From IMG/VR virus record IMGVR_UViG_3300046536_000394: 64,000 nt of DNA; one strand, written 5' to 3'. Positions within the stretch are counted from its first letter, which is position 1; each line of letters begins with the position of its first letter. The position numbers were made by a program, and so were the translations under genes. The notes under the pieces were generated by a model, which made no database searches, was not told the origin of the DNA, and worked only from the letters and a program-made list of their open reading frames with translations. The stretch is from an uncultured virus (IMG/VR IMGVR_UViG_3300046536_000394) (Duplodnaviria > Heunggongvirae > Uroviricota > Caudoviricetes). This document shows, piece by piece, positions 1 through 8,855 of the stretch.

Positions 1-1054
1 GGACGCCGTCGGCCTCGATCACGGAAATGAAGGCTTCGCCGATCCCAAGCGTGGTGACTTCCTTGACGTCGACTCCGCGGTTCGGCCGGAACGATTTGAT
101 CGTTGCCTTGACCATGGTCTGATCGCGCGGGGTGTAGACGCGCAAGGCGTGCTGGATCTTGGAGCCCAACTGCGCAAGGACGGTCTCGGGAACGTCGGCC
201 ACGGATTGGGTGACGAAGATGACGCCGACGCCCTTCGATCTGACGAGACGAACCAAGCGCTCGATCTGCTGGATCAACGGCTTCGGGCTATCGGTAAAAA
301 GAAGGTGGGCTTCATCAAAAACAAAGACGATCTTCGGCTTCGGTAGGTCGCCGGCCTCAGGCAATTTCCGGAAGAGCTCGGTTAGCAGCCATAGCAGGAA
401 CGTCGCGTAAAGCTTCGGCGCCTCGATCAGCTTGTCGGCATGCAAAAGGTTGACGACGCCCTTCATTACGCCGCCTTCGAAGTCGAGTTGCCCGCGCAAC
501 AAATCCAGGATGTCGAACGGCGGCTCGCCGAATAGCATCTCGCCGCCTTGTGACTCGAGCGTCATCAAATTGCGCTGGATCGCATTGATCGAGGATCCGG
601 TCACATTGCCGTATTTGTGCGAGATCTCATCCCGGTTGTCGATCATGTCGACAAGAACGTAGCGCAGATCGTCCAGGGTGAGCATGAAGTCTTTTTCGTC
701 CTCGGCTTTCCGGAAGGCGATCGCCAGCGTTCCCGCCTGGGTCTCGTTAAGCCGCAGCATCGACGACAGCAGTTCGGACCCCATGGCCTGGACAGACGTG
801 CGGATCGGCAAGCCATGCCTGCCAAACAGATCCCAAAATTGCGTTTGGCAATTGGTTGCGATGCCGGAGAGATCGGACTTCACGTCGCTGGCAAATACAG
901 GGATCCCGTTGGCGGAGCATTGCTCCATGATGCGCTGCAGGGTCACCGTCTTGCCGCCGCCGGTGGAACCGGTGACAAGCATGTGGCGGTTGAGGCGTGA
1001 CAACGGAAGCGAGATGACGCGGCCGTCGGCGGTCTTGCCGATATCAATGTTCAT
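1..1054 (-). CDS. DUF853/YjgR-family HerA-like ATPase (runs off the left window edge)
   Basis: Not in the ORF track; translated by hand from ATG at 1054: MNIDIGKTADG...RHMLVTGSTGGGKT (Walker A)...SDVKSDLSG...KLYATFLLWLLTELF..LPEAGDLPKPKIVFVFDEAHLLF (Walker B)...RLVRSKGVGVIFVTQ...VLAQLGSKIQHALR, all DUF853 hallmarks. Confidence 0.9.
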   Translation of the reverse strand, partial: MNIDIGKTADGRVISLPLSRLNRHMLVTGSTGGGKTVTLQRIMEQCSANGIPVFASDVKSDLSGIATNCQTQFWDLFGRHGLPIRTSVQAMGSELLSSMLRLNETQAGTLAIAFRKAEDEKDFMLTLDDLRYVLVDMIDNRDEISHKYGNVTGSSINAIQRNLMTLESQGGEMLFGEPPFDILDLLRGQLDFEGGVMKGVVNLLHADKLIEAPKLYATFLLWLLTELFRKLPEAGDLPKPKIVFVFDEAHLLFTDSPKPLIQQIERLVRLVRSKGVGVIFVTQSVADVPETVLAQLGSKIQHALRVYTPRDQTMVKATIKSFRPNRGVDVKEVTTLGIGEAFISVIEADGV

Positions 1055-1221
1055 TGTTTCGTCTCCGCGTCGCGCTTGGTTATCGCCAGTTTGATCGATT
1101 TGATCACTTCCTTTTCCCGGTCCATCAAGGCCAAGATCCGGTCTAAGTCAGCTTTGTGCCTGTCGAGGCGGGAACGGCTCATTGCGAGATCCGCCAGCAG
1201 TTCGGCTTTAGTGGCCCTCAT
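1051..1221 (-). CDS. hypothetical 56-aa helical protein
   Basis: Hand translation MRATKAELLADLAMSR...ETKQ; ATGA overlaps with both neighbouring genes. Confidence 0.6.
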   Translation of the reverse strand: MRATKAELLADLAMSRSRLDRHKADLDRILALMDREKEVIKSIKLAITKRDAETKQ

Positions 1222-1544
1222 ATTCCCAATTCCTCCTCATCTTCGGAGCATTTTTCCAGGTAGGGGAAAAGCTCATTGGGATCGCGCCGGCTATCGGAGA
1301 CGATGCGCTCCGCCGCCTCCTGGCGAGCCGCAACAATAGCCATGGGATTCGAGCCGAGAATTGCCATGACAACGGGAACCCACGGCGGGATGTTATCATT
1401 GCCCTCCAGCCACGAATGGATGCGCTTTGGGTTGAAGCCAAAGATCCGCGAGAACGTGTTCACGGAAAGGCTTATGGCATCCATGGAGCGGCGGAATTCG
1501 TCGCCCGTCATGCGCTGATATTCGAAACGTCGTGCGTCGCTCAT
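1218..1544 (-). CDS. HTH DNA-binding protein
   Basis: MTGDEFRRSMDAISLSVNTFSRIFGFNPKRIHSWLEGNDNIP fits an XRE-like HTH; overlaps neighbours. Confidence 0.65.
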   Translation of the reverse strand: MSDARRFEYQRMTGDEFRRSMDAISLSVNTFSRIFGFNPKRIHSWLEGNDNIPPWVPVVMAILGSNPMAIVAARQEAAERIVSDSRRDPNELFPYLEKCSEDEEELGI

Positions 1545-1744
1545 GTCTTCCTCCTGGGGAGTGATGAAATCTTCTTGATGACGAAAGCCTCCGGAGATTT
1601 ACGCGTCGGCCAATTGTCCGCCACATAGGTATCCGTGTAGAATTCGCCGTGGACATTGTTCTTGACCTCGCGCACCGCATATTCGCGCGTGCAAGGCTTG
1701 TCGAAGCGGACTTTGAGAACGAATTCGTGCGTCTTACTCCGCAT
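1541..1744 (-). CDS. hypothetical protein
   Basis: 67-aa ORF tightly packed in the operon. Confidence 0.6.
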   Translation of the reverse strand: MRSKTHEFVLKVRFDKPCTREYAVREVKNNVHGEFYTDTYVADNWPTRKSPEAFVIKKISSLPRRKT

Positions 1745-2099
1745 TGTCAGCGTACTCCCTGATCTCGCGCGTCACCTGGCCCAACTCGACCACGGCATTG
1801 GATGCCAGCCAAATCAGGATGTCACGGATTGCATCGATGTCGTTGGCGTAGCCGCTCAACGTGGTTTTCATGTCCTGGACCCCGTCAAGCCGGTAGCGCT
1901 CCGCCAGCAGCTCTTTGACATCCTTAACAGGATTGTAATGCTGCGTTCCGCCGGATCCGGCGATATAGACGTCAAGCGCCTCTTGCTTGCGGCGGTTCGG
2001 GATGGAACGCGCATAGCTGGCGGACTTGATGAGCGCCTGCACATACTCGACTTGCTGAAGGAATTGCTCCAGCGTGGATTTTGGTTTCGCTTCAAACAT
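1734..2099 (-). CDS. hypothetical protein
   Basis: Start MFEAKPK chosen after GAAAGG RBS. Confidence 0.6.
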   Translation of the reverse strand: MFEAKPKSTLEQFLQQVEYVQALIKSASYARSIPNRRKQEALDVYIAGSGGTQHYNPVKDVKELLAERYRLDGVQDMKTTLSGYANDIDAIRDILIWLASNAVVELGQVTREIREYADNAE

Positions 2100-2318
2100 G
2101 GCATTGCCTTTCGTAATTGATCCCACGATTGGGATATGTGGGCGGAGCGTTACTGAAGCGCTCCGCCGGTTATGTGTGCCGGAATTGGCTTTCAATTAGA
2201 GCATGACGGCGGATCTCCTCCTGTTTACTCGCCAGCGCATCTAAGTCCGCAGCACTGGCAATCCGTGGCGCGGCGCCTCTATGAGCGCGACGGGCTAACG
2301 TCGCGCCTTAGAAGAGCC

Positions 2319-2522
2319 CTAACCAAGCTCCGGTTGCGGCCGGCCGTTGAGGTAAACATGGGTCACCTCTATCCCGTAGCCTTCAGCGGAGAATTCCGCG
2401 TCCGGATCAGCCGATTGATTCCACATCTCGGCCGCCAGCTTTTCCGCCTCATCTGCGGAGTCCGCTTCGACCTCGATTAGATACTTCACCGTCTCAATTG
2501 CCGTGACCTGATATTTAGCCAT
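2319..2522 (-). CDS. small acidic hypothetical protein
   Basis: MAKYQVTAIETVKYLIEVEADSADEAEKLA, a common small phage alpha/beta pattern; GAGGAG RBS. Confidence 0.65.
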   Translation of the reverse strand: MAKYQVTAIETVKYLIEVEADSADEAEKLAAEMWNQSADPDAEFSAEGYGIEVTHVYLNGRPQPELG

Positions 2523-2817
2523 GTTCGCCGCACTCCTCTTGCGCCAGATCGAATTCGTCTTTTGCCGTGAATAGCCTTTCAACGGATCCGGAAACTTTCG
2601 CGTTTACCTTGTCACCCCATTCGAAGACGCGAGCCGTTCCGGTTTGCCCCGGAATATTCCAAACGTTGCGAGGATAATCGAGCTGGCAAATCGTAGTGTC
2701 GAATTGCTCCTCAATCCAAACGCGATGCAATTCCAGCGCTTGCGGGATATCGAGCGCTTCGACGTAGTTGGTCAAATCCATGTCACCGCATGTCGCGGTT
2801 ATCAGGTAAATCTTCAT
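2515..2817 (-). CDS. hypothetical protein
   Basis: 100-aa ORF with GGAG RBS, operon packing. Confidence 0.65.
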   Translation of the reverse strand: MKIYLITATCGDMDLTNYVEALDIPQALELHRVWIEEQFDTTICQLDYPRNVWNIPGQTGTARVFEWGDKVNAKVSGSVERLFTAKDEFDLAQEECGEHG

Positions 2818-2877
2818 GGCCTCAATTCTCCAATTGGAAAGGAAGAGGCGGAGCGAATTGCCGCTCCGCCAATTGGA

Positions 2878-4053
2878 CTAGACGCGCATTGGCATAAGAA
2901 CCGCAGTCCAGCCGTCGCGGCCGTAGATGCGAGACGGTGAGCCGGCATCGCGGAAACCAATCCGCAGCTCGCCGCCGCCATGCGTGGCAATTGCCTCCAG
3001 GACGTATTTGCCGTTGAAGCCAATTTCGAATTCGTCACCGCTCCAATGTGCAGGGATATCGGCGGAGGCCGAACCGTTGTCCGGATTGTTGCAATGGAGC
3101 TTTGACTCCGATTTACCCAACGAAAGCTTGAAAGCGCGTCCCTTGTCGGAAGCGATCAATAGGACAGACTTCACCGCTTCAGCCAATTCGTCCGCCTCAA
3201 ACAAAGCGAAGTCAGCACTGTGGACCATATCCGGAATGACGCGCTGATAGTCCGGAAACGTGCCGTCGATTGTTTTCGCCGTGATAACGACGTCGCCGAA
3301 TTCGAATTCGAAGGCAAAGCGGATCCTGCGGCTTTTGCTGTCATCCACCGTCACGGTTACGATACGCGGCGCGTTCTTGCCCTTTAGGAGCGCCTCCATA
3401 AGCTTTACGACACGAGCGGGTACGATGAGGCCAAGCGGCAACGTCGGGAATTCCTCAGGCTTGCCCACGTTCTGCCGGTAAAGCCTATGCCCATCGGTCG
3501 CAACGAAGGTCAAAACGTCCGCCATTGTGTGCACAAATATCCCATTGAGGTAGTAACGCGTTTCCTCGGTTGAGATCGCGCCAGATGTCTTGTGAAAGGC
3601 GTTGTAAAGCGTGGACCCGTCGATATCGAACGACACGGAGTCCAGATCCGGAGCATTCATTATCGGGAAATCCTCCGCCGCAATCGTGGGAAGGCTATAG
3701 CGAGCCTTTTCGAATTCGACCTTCAGATATGTCGGATATTGCTCGAGCGCGACACAATAGGCTTTTGGCGCGTTCTTAAGCAGCTTCAGCACGTTGGACG
3801 CTGCGGCCGTGGTATCGAGCCTGGAATCAACGGCGGCCGCAATCTTCACCTGAATTTCGATATCCAGGTTCGTTGCCGTCATCGTGATATGCGAGCCCGA
3901 ACCCTGAAGGCGGACGTTGTCCAGGACCGGAATTGAATTGCGCGTCTCAACCGCCTTCGTGACGATCTCCATGGCGGCCGTAAAGGCGTCGCGCTCGATA
4001 ACGGCGGATGGGGCGAGCGTGGCGGAAATGGTTGCTGCGTTTTCCATAGTCAT
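2878..4053 (-). CDS. dnaN: DNA polymerase III beta subunit (sliding clamp)
   Basis: RNSIPVLDNV, TATNLDIEI, AISTEETRYYLNGI, VATDGHRL, IDGTFPDYQRVIP, EIGFNGKYV, C-terminal VLMPMRV. Confidence 0.95.
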   Translation of the reverse strand: MTMENAATISATLAPSAVIERDAFTAAMEIVTKAVETRNSIPVLDNVRLQGSGSHITMTATNLDIEIQVKIAAAVDSRLDTTAAASNVLKLLKNAPKAYCVALEQYPTYLKVEFEKARYSLPTIAAEDFPIMNAPDLDSVSFDIDGSTLYNAFHKTSGAISTEETRYYLNGIFVHTMADVLTFVATDGHRLYRQNVGKPEEFPTLPLGLIVPARVVKLMEALLKGKNAPRIVTVTVDDSKSRRIRFAFEFEFGDVVITAKTIDGTFPDYQRVIPDMVHSADFALFEADELAEAVKSVLLIASDKGRAFKLSLGKSESKLHCNNPDNGSASADIPAHWSGDEFEIGFNGKYVLEAIATHGGGELRIGFRDAGSPSRIYGRDGWTAVLMPMRV

Positions 4054-4115
4054 GTTCCTTTTGTGATGCGGTGAACAATTTCACCCATGACGGCCGTTGC
4101 CGGCGGCCGTCGCGG

Positions 4116-4496
4116 CTAGAATTGGGTTCGTTGCGTGGAAAGGGTGATCGCGTCCTGCAGGATTGCGCACGCCTTGTCTGTATTCTCGCCAATGAGATCT
4201 AGCGCGGCTCGCATTGGCGCGAGGATGCCGTCTAGCATTTCGAAGGCGTCGGCCTCCGTGGTAAAGTCACCCAACGCCGCAGCGATCTCGCCGTGCGCGT
4301 CTTCCGTCATCCCATAGATCGTCCAAAAGGTTTCATGCGGGATTGATGCCTCATTAAGCCAGCGCCCTTTATGGAGGAATTCCGCCTTGTCCACGTAGGA
4401 CGTCAATTGCCTTTGCTCGACAAGTCCGCCGTTCGGCTCTTTCACGGTAACGTCAAGCTCGATACACGGCCGGATGATGTAATAATCAAAGCGCAT
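4116..4496 (-). CDS. hypothetical protein
   Basis: 126-aa ORF coupled to the upstream stop; AGGAG RBS. Confidence 0.65.
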   Translation of the reverse strand: MRFDYYIIRPCIELDVTVKEPNGGLVEQRQLTSYVDKAEFLHKGRWLNEASIPHETFWTIYGMTEDAHGEIAAALGDFTTEADAFEMLDGILAPMRAALDLIGENTDKACAILQDAITLSTQRTQF

Positions 4497-5245
4497 TATC
4501 TGGCACTCCTAATTTCGACCGTGCAAAATTCTCGGTTGAGGTATTCGCGGCCATCTTCACCCGTATAGATGCAAGACCATGCGGCATCATCTGCCGCCTT
4601 TTCAGACGCGAGGAAAGCGAGATTTTCCGGAGTCATGATTTCATCAACCTTTGACCCAGGGTCAAGAACGGCAACCCAACGCGTGCCAATGCCATGACTA
4701 TCGCGCGCCGTGATTAGGATCTCGCCATCGGCCCACGTGATAGCTTCGCAACTGGAAATGTCATGGCTGATCATTCCTTTGCGGGCTTTCGTCTTGAAAT
4801 CGACTTTCCATTTGACCTTGGTAACGAAGAATTCGCAACCGGAGCGGCCGCGCACGCATGTTCCGTCGCGAAACATCTGGACATAGCGACGGCCGCCCAT
4901 ATTGCCGCTATAAGCCGCGCCGCGCGCTGAATTGGCGGAGAGCATATAATAGCCCGGAATGTTTTTTGATTGCGTTCCTGTATGGATGTTGCCCGGACCT
5001 GTAAACGCCTGGTCAACAACCGCCGACTCAAAAAGATCGCTGAATTTCCGCGCCTTCGGAAACCACAAAGGGTGACCGGAGCGGCAATGCGGATTGTGCT
5101 TAAGCGTTTGAAAGACATCATCCGCCCACGAATAACCGTCGTACGCGTTGTTTTTCAGCGCGGAGAATTCCGCAAAGGTTTCCGCCGCTGCAAAGGCGGC
5201 CGGATTGTCGCGGATCACGCGAGCGATGTTTTCATAATCTGCCAT
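4496..5245 (-). CDS. hypothetical protein
   Basis: 249-aa ORF with AAAGGA RBS. Confidence 0.7.
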   Translation of the reverse strand: MADYENIARVIRDNPAAFAAAETFAEFSALKNNAYDGYSWADDVFQTLKHNPHCRSGHPLWFPKARKFSDLFESAVVDQAFTGPGNIHTGTQSKNIPGYYMLSANSARGAAYSGNMGGRRYVQMFRDGTCVRGRSGCEFFVTKVKWKVDFKTKARKGMISHDISSCEAITWADGEILITARDSHGIGTRWVAVLDPGSKVDEIMTPENLAFLASEKAADDAAWSCIYTGEDGREYLNREFCTVEIRSAR

Positions 5246-5286
5246 GGTCTCAAGTCCTTTTCCAGATGCGCCACGATTGGCGCGGG

Positions 5287-5619
5287 TTAGATCGTTATGC
5301 CATGTTCAGCGCAAAGCGCTTTCCAGTCCGGCTTGCCGTCGACAAGGCGCGGGCCATACATCATGTTTGTGGCGTCATGCCAGAATGCGCAATTGCGGAA
5401 TATCCAGCCTGCATTGATCGCGGCGGTTTCGTAATCGGCTCGTTCCTCGTCAATCTCAGTCAAATCGACCGTGACGCAATCGCCCTCCGGATCGCTATAG
5501 ACCTGAAAGACGGTTGCCGTCGTTCCTACGCGTTGCATATGCGCGAAAGCTTGGCGCGCGGCATCTTCAGCCGTATCTGCGTCCACGTCGATTTCCCATT
5601 GGACATGATAGTTTGCCAT
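5287..5619 (-). CDS. hypothetical protein
   Basis: Start MANYHVQWEIDVDADTAEDAA after GGAAAGGG RBS. Confidence 0.65.
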   Translation of the reverse strand: MANYHVQWEIDVDADTAEDAARQAFAHMQRVGTTATVFQVYSDPEGDCVTVDLTEIDEERADYETAAINAGWIFRNCAFWHDATNMMYGPRLVDGKPDWKALCAEHGITI

Positions 5620-5709
5620 TGCAGTTTCCCTTTCCAGTTTCGCCACCATTGGCGAGCGTCTTAAGGATGCGCCACGGTTGAGCCGTGGCGACACCTTAGA
5701 ACGCCTTGG

Positions 5710-6603
5710 TTATGCCGCGCGCTTGAACCCCTTCAGGGCGGCCATTTGCTCCGCCATGGCCCATAGCGCCTTATTCAGCTTGATATCGCCATCGATGTTT
5801 TTTACGGCGCGCATAGCCGGCCGGCGGCCGTCGATACGTCCACGCGCGGTCAAATCGCCCTTAATGGCATGTTCTTGGATGACGTTGAATTTCGTCCACA
5901 AGTCCGAACCGCCATCGTCGCGACGGTTCGGCCGCAAGAATTGTTCAGGCTGATAGGCGCGAAATTGTGGCGTTTCCGGTTCGCCTTCAGCCGCTCCGAA
6001 ACGGTACTCGTGTGCAGCGGCCGCCATAATCATTTGTTCGTCGCGATCTAGCGTGATCTGTCCCCAATCCTGAGGCGCTGCTAGCAGCAACTCGGCTGAC
6101 TTCAGGACTTCATATGTCCCTTCAATCACCTTGCCCTGTATGGCCTCCGCCGTGCCAGTGTGACGAACCTTGACGGAGTCGACAGTCGAGATTTGCGACA
6201 CAAGCGAATTTGTGCAGCGAATGCGGAACATGCCGCCCATCAAGTCATATGCGGCGGTTCCATCGTTCGCGTTCTTGAGTAGGATTTCGAAAACCGAATC
6301 GCCCACGCTGAATTTCTGATCCTGATCCAAGCGACGGAAGCGGAGCATATGCTTTGTGAAGTCGCGGCGGGTTTCGTCGCGTGTGCCGCCCTGTTTTGCG
6401 CCAACTGGCGAAAAGCCTTCGGACTGAAGGGCGCGAACGATCTCGATTGTTGGGATAGGCTGGAAACGATCGCTGCGAGAATCGTGCTTATCAACCGCAA
6501 AGATCGAAGGCGCGGCTTTCCTCATTTCGTCTTCCGTCAAAGCACGAGCCGAACCATCGAAACGAGCGGTCTGATTAGCGTAGATAGGATGCATGTAAGA
6601 CAT
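5710..6603 (-). CDS. DUF932 (DUF945) family protein
   Basis: APSIFAVDKHDSRSDRFQPIPT, DFTKHMLRFR, EILLKNANDGTAAYDLMGGMFRIRCTNSLV, DLWTKFNVIQE, IDGDIKLNKALWAMAE. Confidence 0.9.
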   Translation of the reverse strand: MSYMHPIYANQTARFDGSARALTEDEMRKAAPSIFAVDKHDSRSDRFQPIPTIEIVRALQSEGFSPVGAKQGGTRDETRRDFTKHMLRFRRLDQDQKFSVGDSVFEILLKNANDGTAAYDLMGGMFRIRCTNSLVSQISTVDSVKVRHTGTAEAIQGKVIEGTYEVLKSAELLLAAPQDWGQITLDRDEQMIMAAAAHEYRFGAAEGEPETPQFRAYQPEQFLRPNRRDDGGSDLWTKFNVIQEHAIKGDLTARGRIDGRRPAMRAVKNIDGDIKLNKALWAMAEQMAALKGFKRAA

Positions 6604-6736
6604 GGTCTTTCCTTCATAATCGGCGAAATTGCCGGATTAGTGCAGCGCAAAGAAAGAAACGCGACGCTGCACTAACGCAAGAAATTTCGTGCCGTCGGAA
6701 ATTTTCCGGCTGGCAATTGTTTTTAGACCCCTGAAA

Positions 6737-7108
6737 CTAGGGGGTGGCGGCCGCCGTTTTCTCGCCGAAACCGTGGAAACCCGCCGTTTTCGCGCTTTCG
6801 CCCATAGAACCCCGTAGGACGCGTTGCGCGCTTTCGGCCACGGTAGCCGCGTGTTCCTCAGAGATCGCGCCCTTGACGCTCCCCGGCCGCTTTACGCGCT
6901 CCGTTCGGCACGTTGCCACAACTCCGGAGAGGCGAGCCGCTTCGATGGCGTCGACACAATCTTGCATGGTCAAACCATGGTCTGAAATGTCGCTTTCGTC
7001 GCCATGGAACGTGATGAGCGCATAACGCTCGCCAGCAGGAGCGGGAACGGGCAAGGCGAACGATGCCGCAAGGGCAAGGGCGCCGATAATGAGAATGGGC
7101 TTTGACAT
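6737..7108 (-). CDS. hypothetical exported protein
   Basis: Signal-peptide-like N-terminus MSKPILIIGALALAASFALPVPAPA. Confidence 0.55.
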   Translation of the reverse strand: MSKPILIIGALALAASFALPVPAPAGERYALITFHGDESDISDHGLTMQDCVDAIEAARLSGVVATCRTERVKRPGSVKGAISEEHAATVAESAQRVLRGSMGESAKTAGFHGFGEKTAAATP

Positions 7109-7112
7109 GACT

Positions 7113-7256
7113 TCAGCCTTTCGTGACAGAGACGGCGTGCAACCACTTGCCGCCAATGAGAAACACAATCTTGCCGTCGCGGCTGATATGAGAGACCACG
7201 CCCTCGCGCGTCGCGCCGTAGTTCGAATAGGTGACCTTGTCGCCAGCCTTAAGCAT
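7113..7256 (-). CDS. small SH3/KOW-like hypothetical protein
   Basis: MLKAGDKVTY...REGVVSHIS pattern; coupled to the upstream stop. Confidence 0.5.
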   Translation of the reverse strand: MLKAGDKVTYSNYGATREGVVSHISRDGKIVFLIGGKWLHAVSVTKG

Positions 7257-7813
7257 CAGAAGGTTTCCCCTGCAAAGATGGGGTGAAGGTTTTCGCGAGC
7301 GCAGTACACCTTGACGAACCAATCGCGCGCATCAAGGGCGGCCGCCGTGTCGAAGTCGCGAACCCGCATAGGCGCAGTGACGGTTTTCTCGCCTTGCACC
7401 TTTCGGCTGAGATAGAAGTCGCGGCCGTCCTGAAAAACGCGGATGTCTGCCGGCCGTCCCTTCACAGTGCGGAGTTTCGGAAGCTTGCCGACATATGCGC
7501 GTGCCGCGTCGCACGCTTCGTTGAGCATGTCGCGGAAATAACCGTCATGAAGAAACGAAGAGACTTCACCGCTTTTGTAGTGCGAACCGCCAAGGTATGA
7601 CGCGCCAATCTCAACCCCGTTCAACTCGACAGAAACCTTGCTGTCAAAATAGACAAAGTCGCCCGAGTCGATGCCGGCTTGCACTTCGCCGTCTTCGTCG
7701 TCGCCGTTGTAAGGCTCGCTGCTATACTCCGTTACAAGCGAGATATAGAGCGCACCTAAGCGCGCGCTCCAAATAGTGCCCGTGTCATGATGGCGGTTGA
7801 CGTTCCTATGCAT
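7256..7813 (-). CDS. hypothetical protein
   Basis: 185-aa ORF with AAAGGAA RBS. Confidence 0.7.
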   Translation of the reverse strand: MHRNVNRHHDTGTIWSARLGALYISLVTEYSSEPYNGDDEDGEVQAGIDSGDFVYFDSKVSVELNGVEIGASYLGGSHYKSGEVSSFLHDGYFRDMLNEACDAARAYVGKLPKLRTVKGRPADIRVFQDGRDFYLSRKVQGEKTVTAPMRVRDFDTAAALDARDWFVKVYCARENLHPIFAGETF

Positions 7814-7882
7814 GATCGCTTTCCTTTGTTGCGAGCGGTTGAGGATGCGCCAGCGCTGCGGCTGGCGACACCTAAGCCGTTC

Positions 7883-8143
7883 CTACTGCAACCATGCGCT
7901 TCCCGCCCACGCTGCAACGTCAAGGCGCGAACCGTCCTTGAATATGAACGTGCAACCGGTCAAATACTCCATCTCGCTTTCTGCGATCTCGTGTTTCCAC
8001 TCGGCTCGCATGGCGCTTTCGACTTCGTAGACATGCAAGCGGTCACTGCGCTCCGCAAGGATAGGCGTGAACTGCGCCAGCTCCGCAATGGTGACGGCCG
8101 AGTTGAAAATGTCGCCTGAGTTGTCGATAGAAATGCGGGCCAT
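7883..8143 (-). CDS. hypothetical protein
   Basis: Start MARISIDN after AAAGGAG RBS. Confidence 0.65.
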   Translation of the reverse strand: MARISIDNSGDIFNSAVTIAELAQFTPILAERSDRLHVYEVESAMRAEWKHEIAESEMEYLTGCTFIFKDGSRLDVAAWAGSAWLQ

Positions 8144-8223
8144 GGGGTTCGCTCCTTTGTTGCGATGGAAACGGGTTCGTTTCAGATGCGCGGCCGATGG
8201 CGGCCGCGACACTGAAGCGCGCC

Positions 8224-8493
8224 TTAGTTCTGGTTTGCTTCGTTTTCGCCGAAAAAGGCAATGTTGGCGTAAAGCGTGTTCAGCTCCGCCCCGATACCTT
8301 GCGCCTTGAAACGCGAGCCGTCCTTGATGCCTTCCGGAGCTGCGCCCTTGCATGCGGCGGCCAAATGTTCGGAGAGATGCGCCTTGGATGAGCAAACCGC
8401 CTTGAACTGCGAAGGCAAGTCAGCGGCCGGAGCTGCAACGGCGGAGAAGGCGGAAAGAGCGACGAAAGCGGATGAGATGAGAAGAGCGCGCAT
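8224..8493 (-). CDS. hypothetical secreted protein
   Basis: Signal peptide MRALLISSAFVALSAFSAVAAPA; two cysteines; AAAGGAA RBS. Confidence 0.65.
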   Translation of the reverse strand: MRALLISSAFVALSAFSAVAAPAADLPSQFKAVCSSKAHLSEHLAAACKGAAPEGIKDGSRFKAQGIGAELNTLYANIAFFGENEANQN

Positions 8494-8564
8494 AAGAGAT
8501 GTTTCCTTTTCCAGTTTGGCACAATCGCCAGATAAGCCGCGCGTCACTGCGGCTTGCCAAGCGA

Positions 8565-8768
8565 CTATGCATACAAAGGGTTAAAACCGTCTAAAGACCG
8601 GACGAGGGCGGCCATAGCAGCACGCTCGACAAGGCGAGCGGTGCGCGCACGGTCTGTCACTGGCGACGACACGTAGAACGAACCGCCGACGCGGCCGACG
8701 CGCCAATGAACTAGACCGCCGACTTGCTGGACAGAGACGTTCAAGAAAGACTGGAGAAAAGAGAGCAT
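8565..8768 (-). CDS. hypothetical protein, first gene of the leftward early cluster
   Basis: MLSFLQSFLNVSVQQVGGLVHWRVGRVGGSFY after AAAGGAA RBS. Confidence 0.55.
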   Translation of the reverse strand: MLSFLQSFLNVSVQQVGGLVHWRVGRVGGSFYVSSPVTDRARTARLVERAAMAALVRSLDGFNPLYA

Positions 8769-8819
8769 GGAGGCGTTTCCTTTTAAGACCGACTCACAAG
8801 CGAGCCGCGTTGCCTGAAG

Positions 8820-8855
8820 AGAAATGTATACTTTTCTGCGGGAATGCCAAGGGGG
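8820..8855 (-). promoter_or_regulatory. putative leftward early promoter/operator
   Basis: Minus strand TTGGCA...CAGAAAAGTATACAT; 14/15 identical to the element upstream of the ProQ/FinO gene. Confidence 0.5.
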
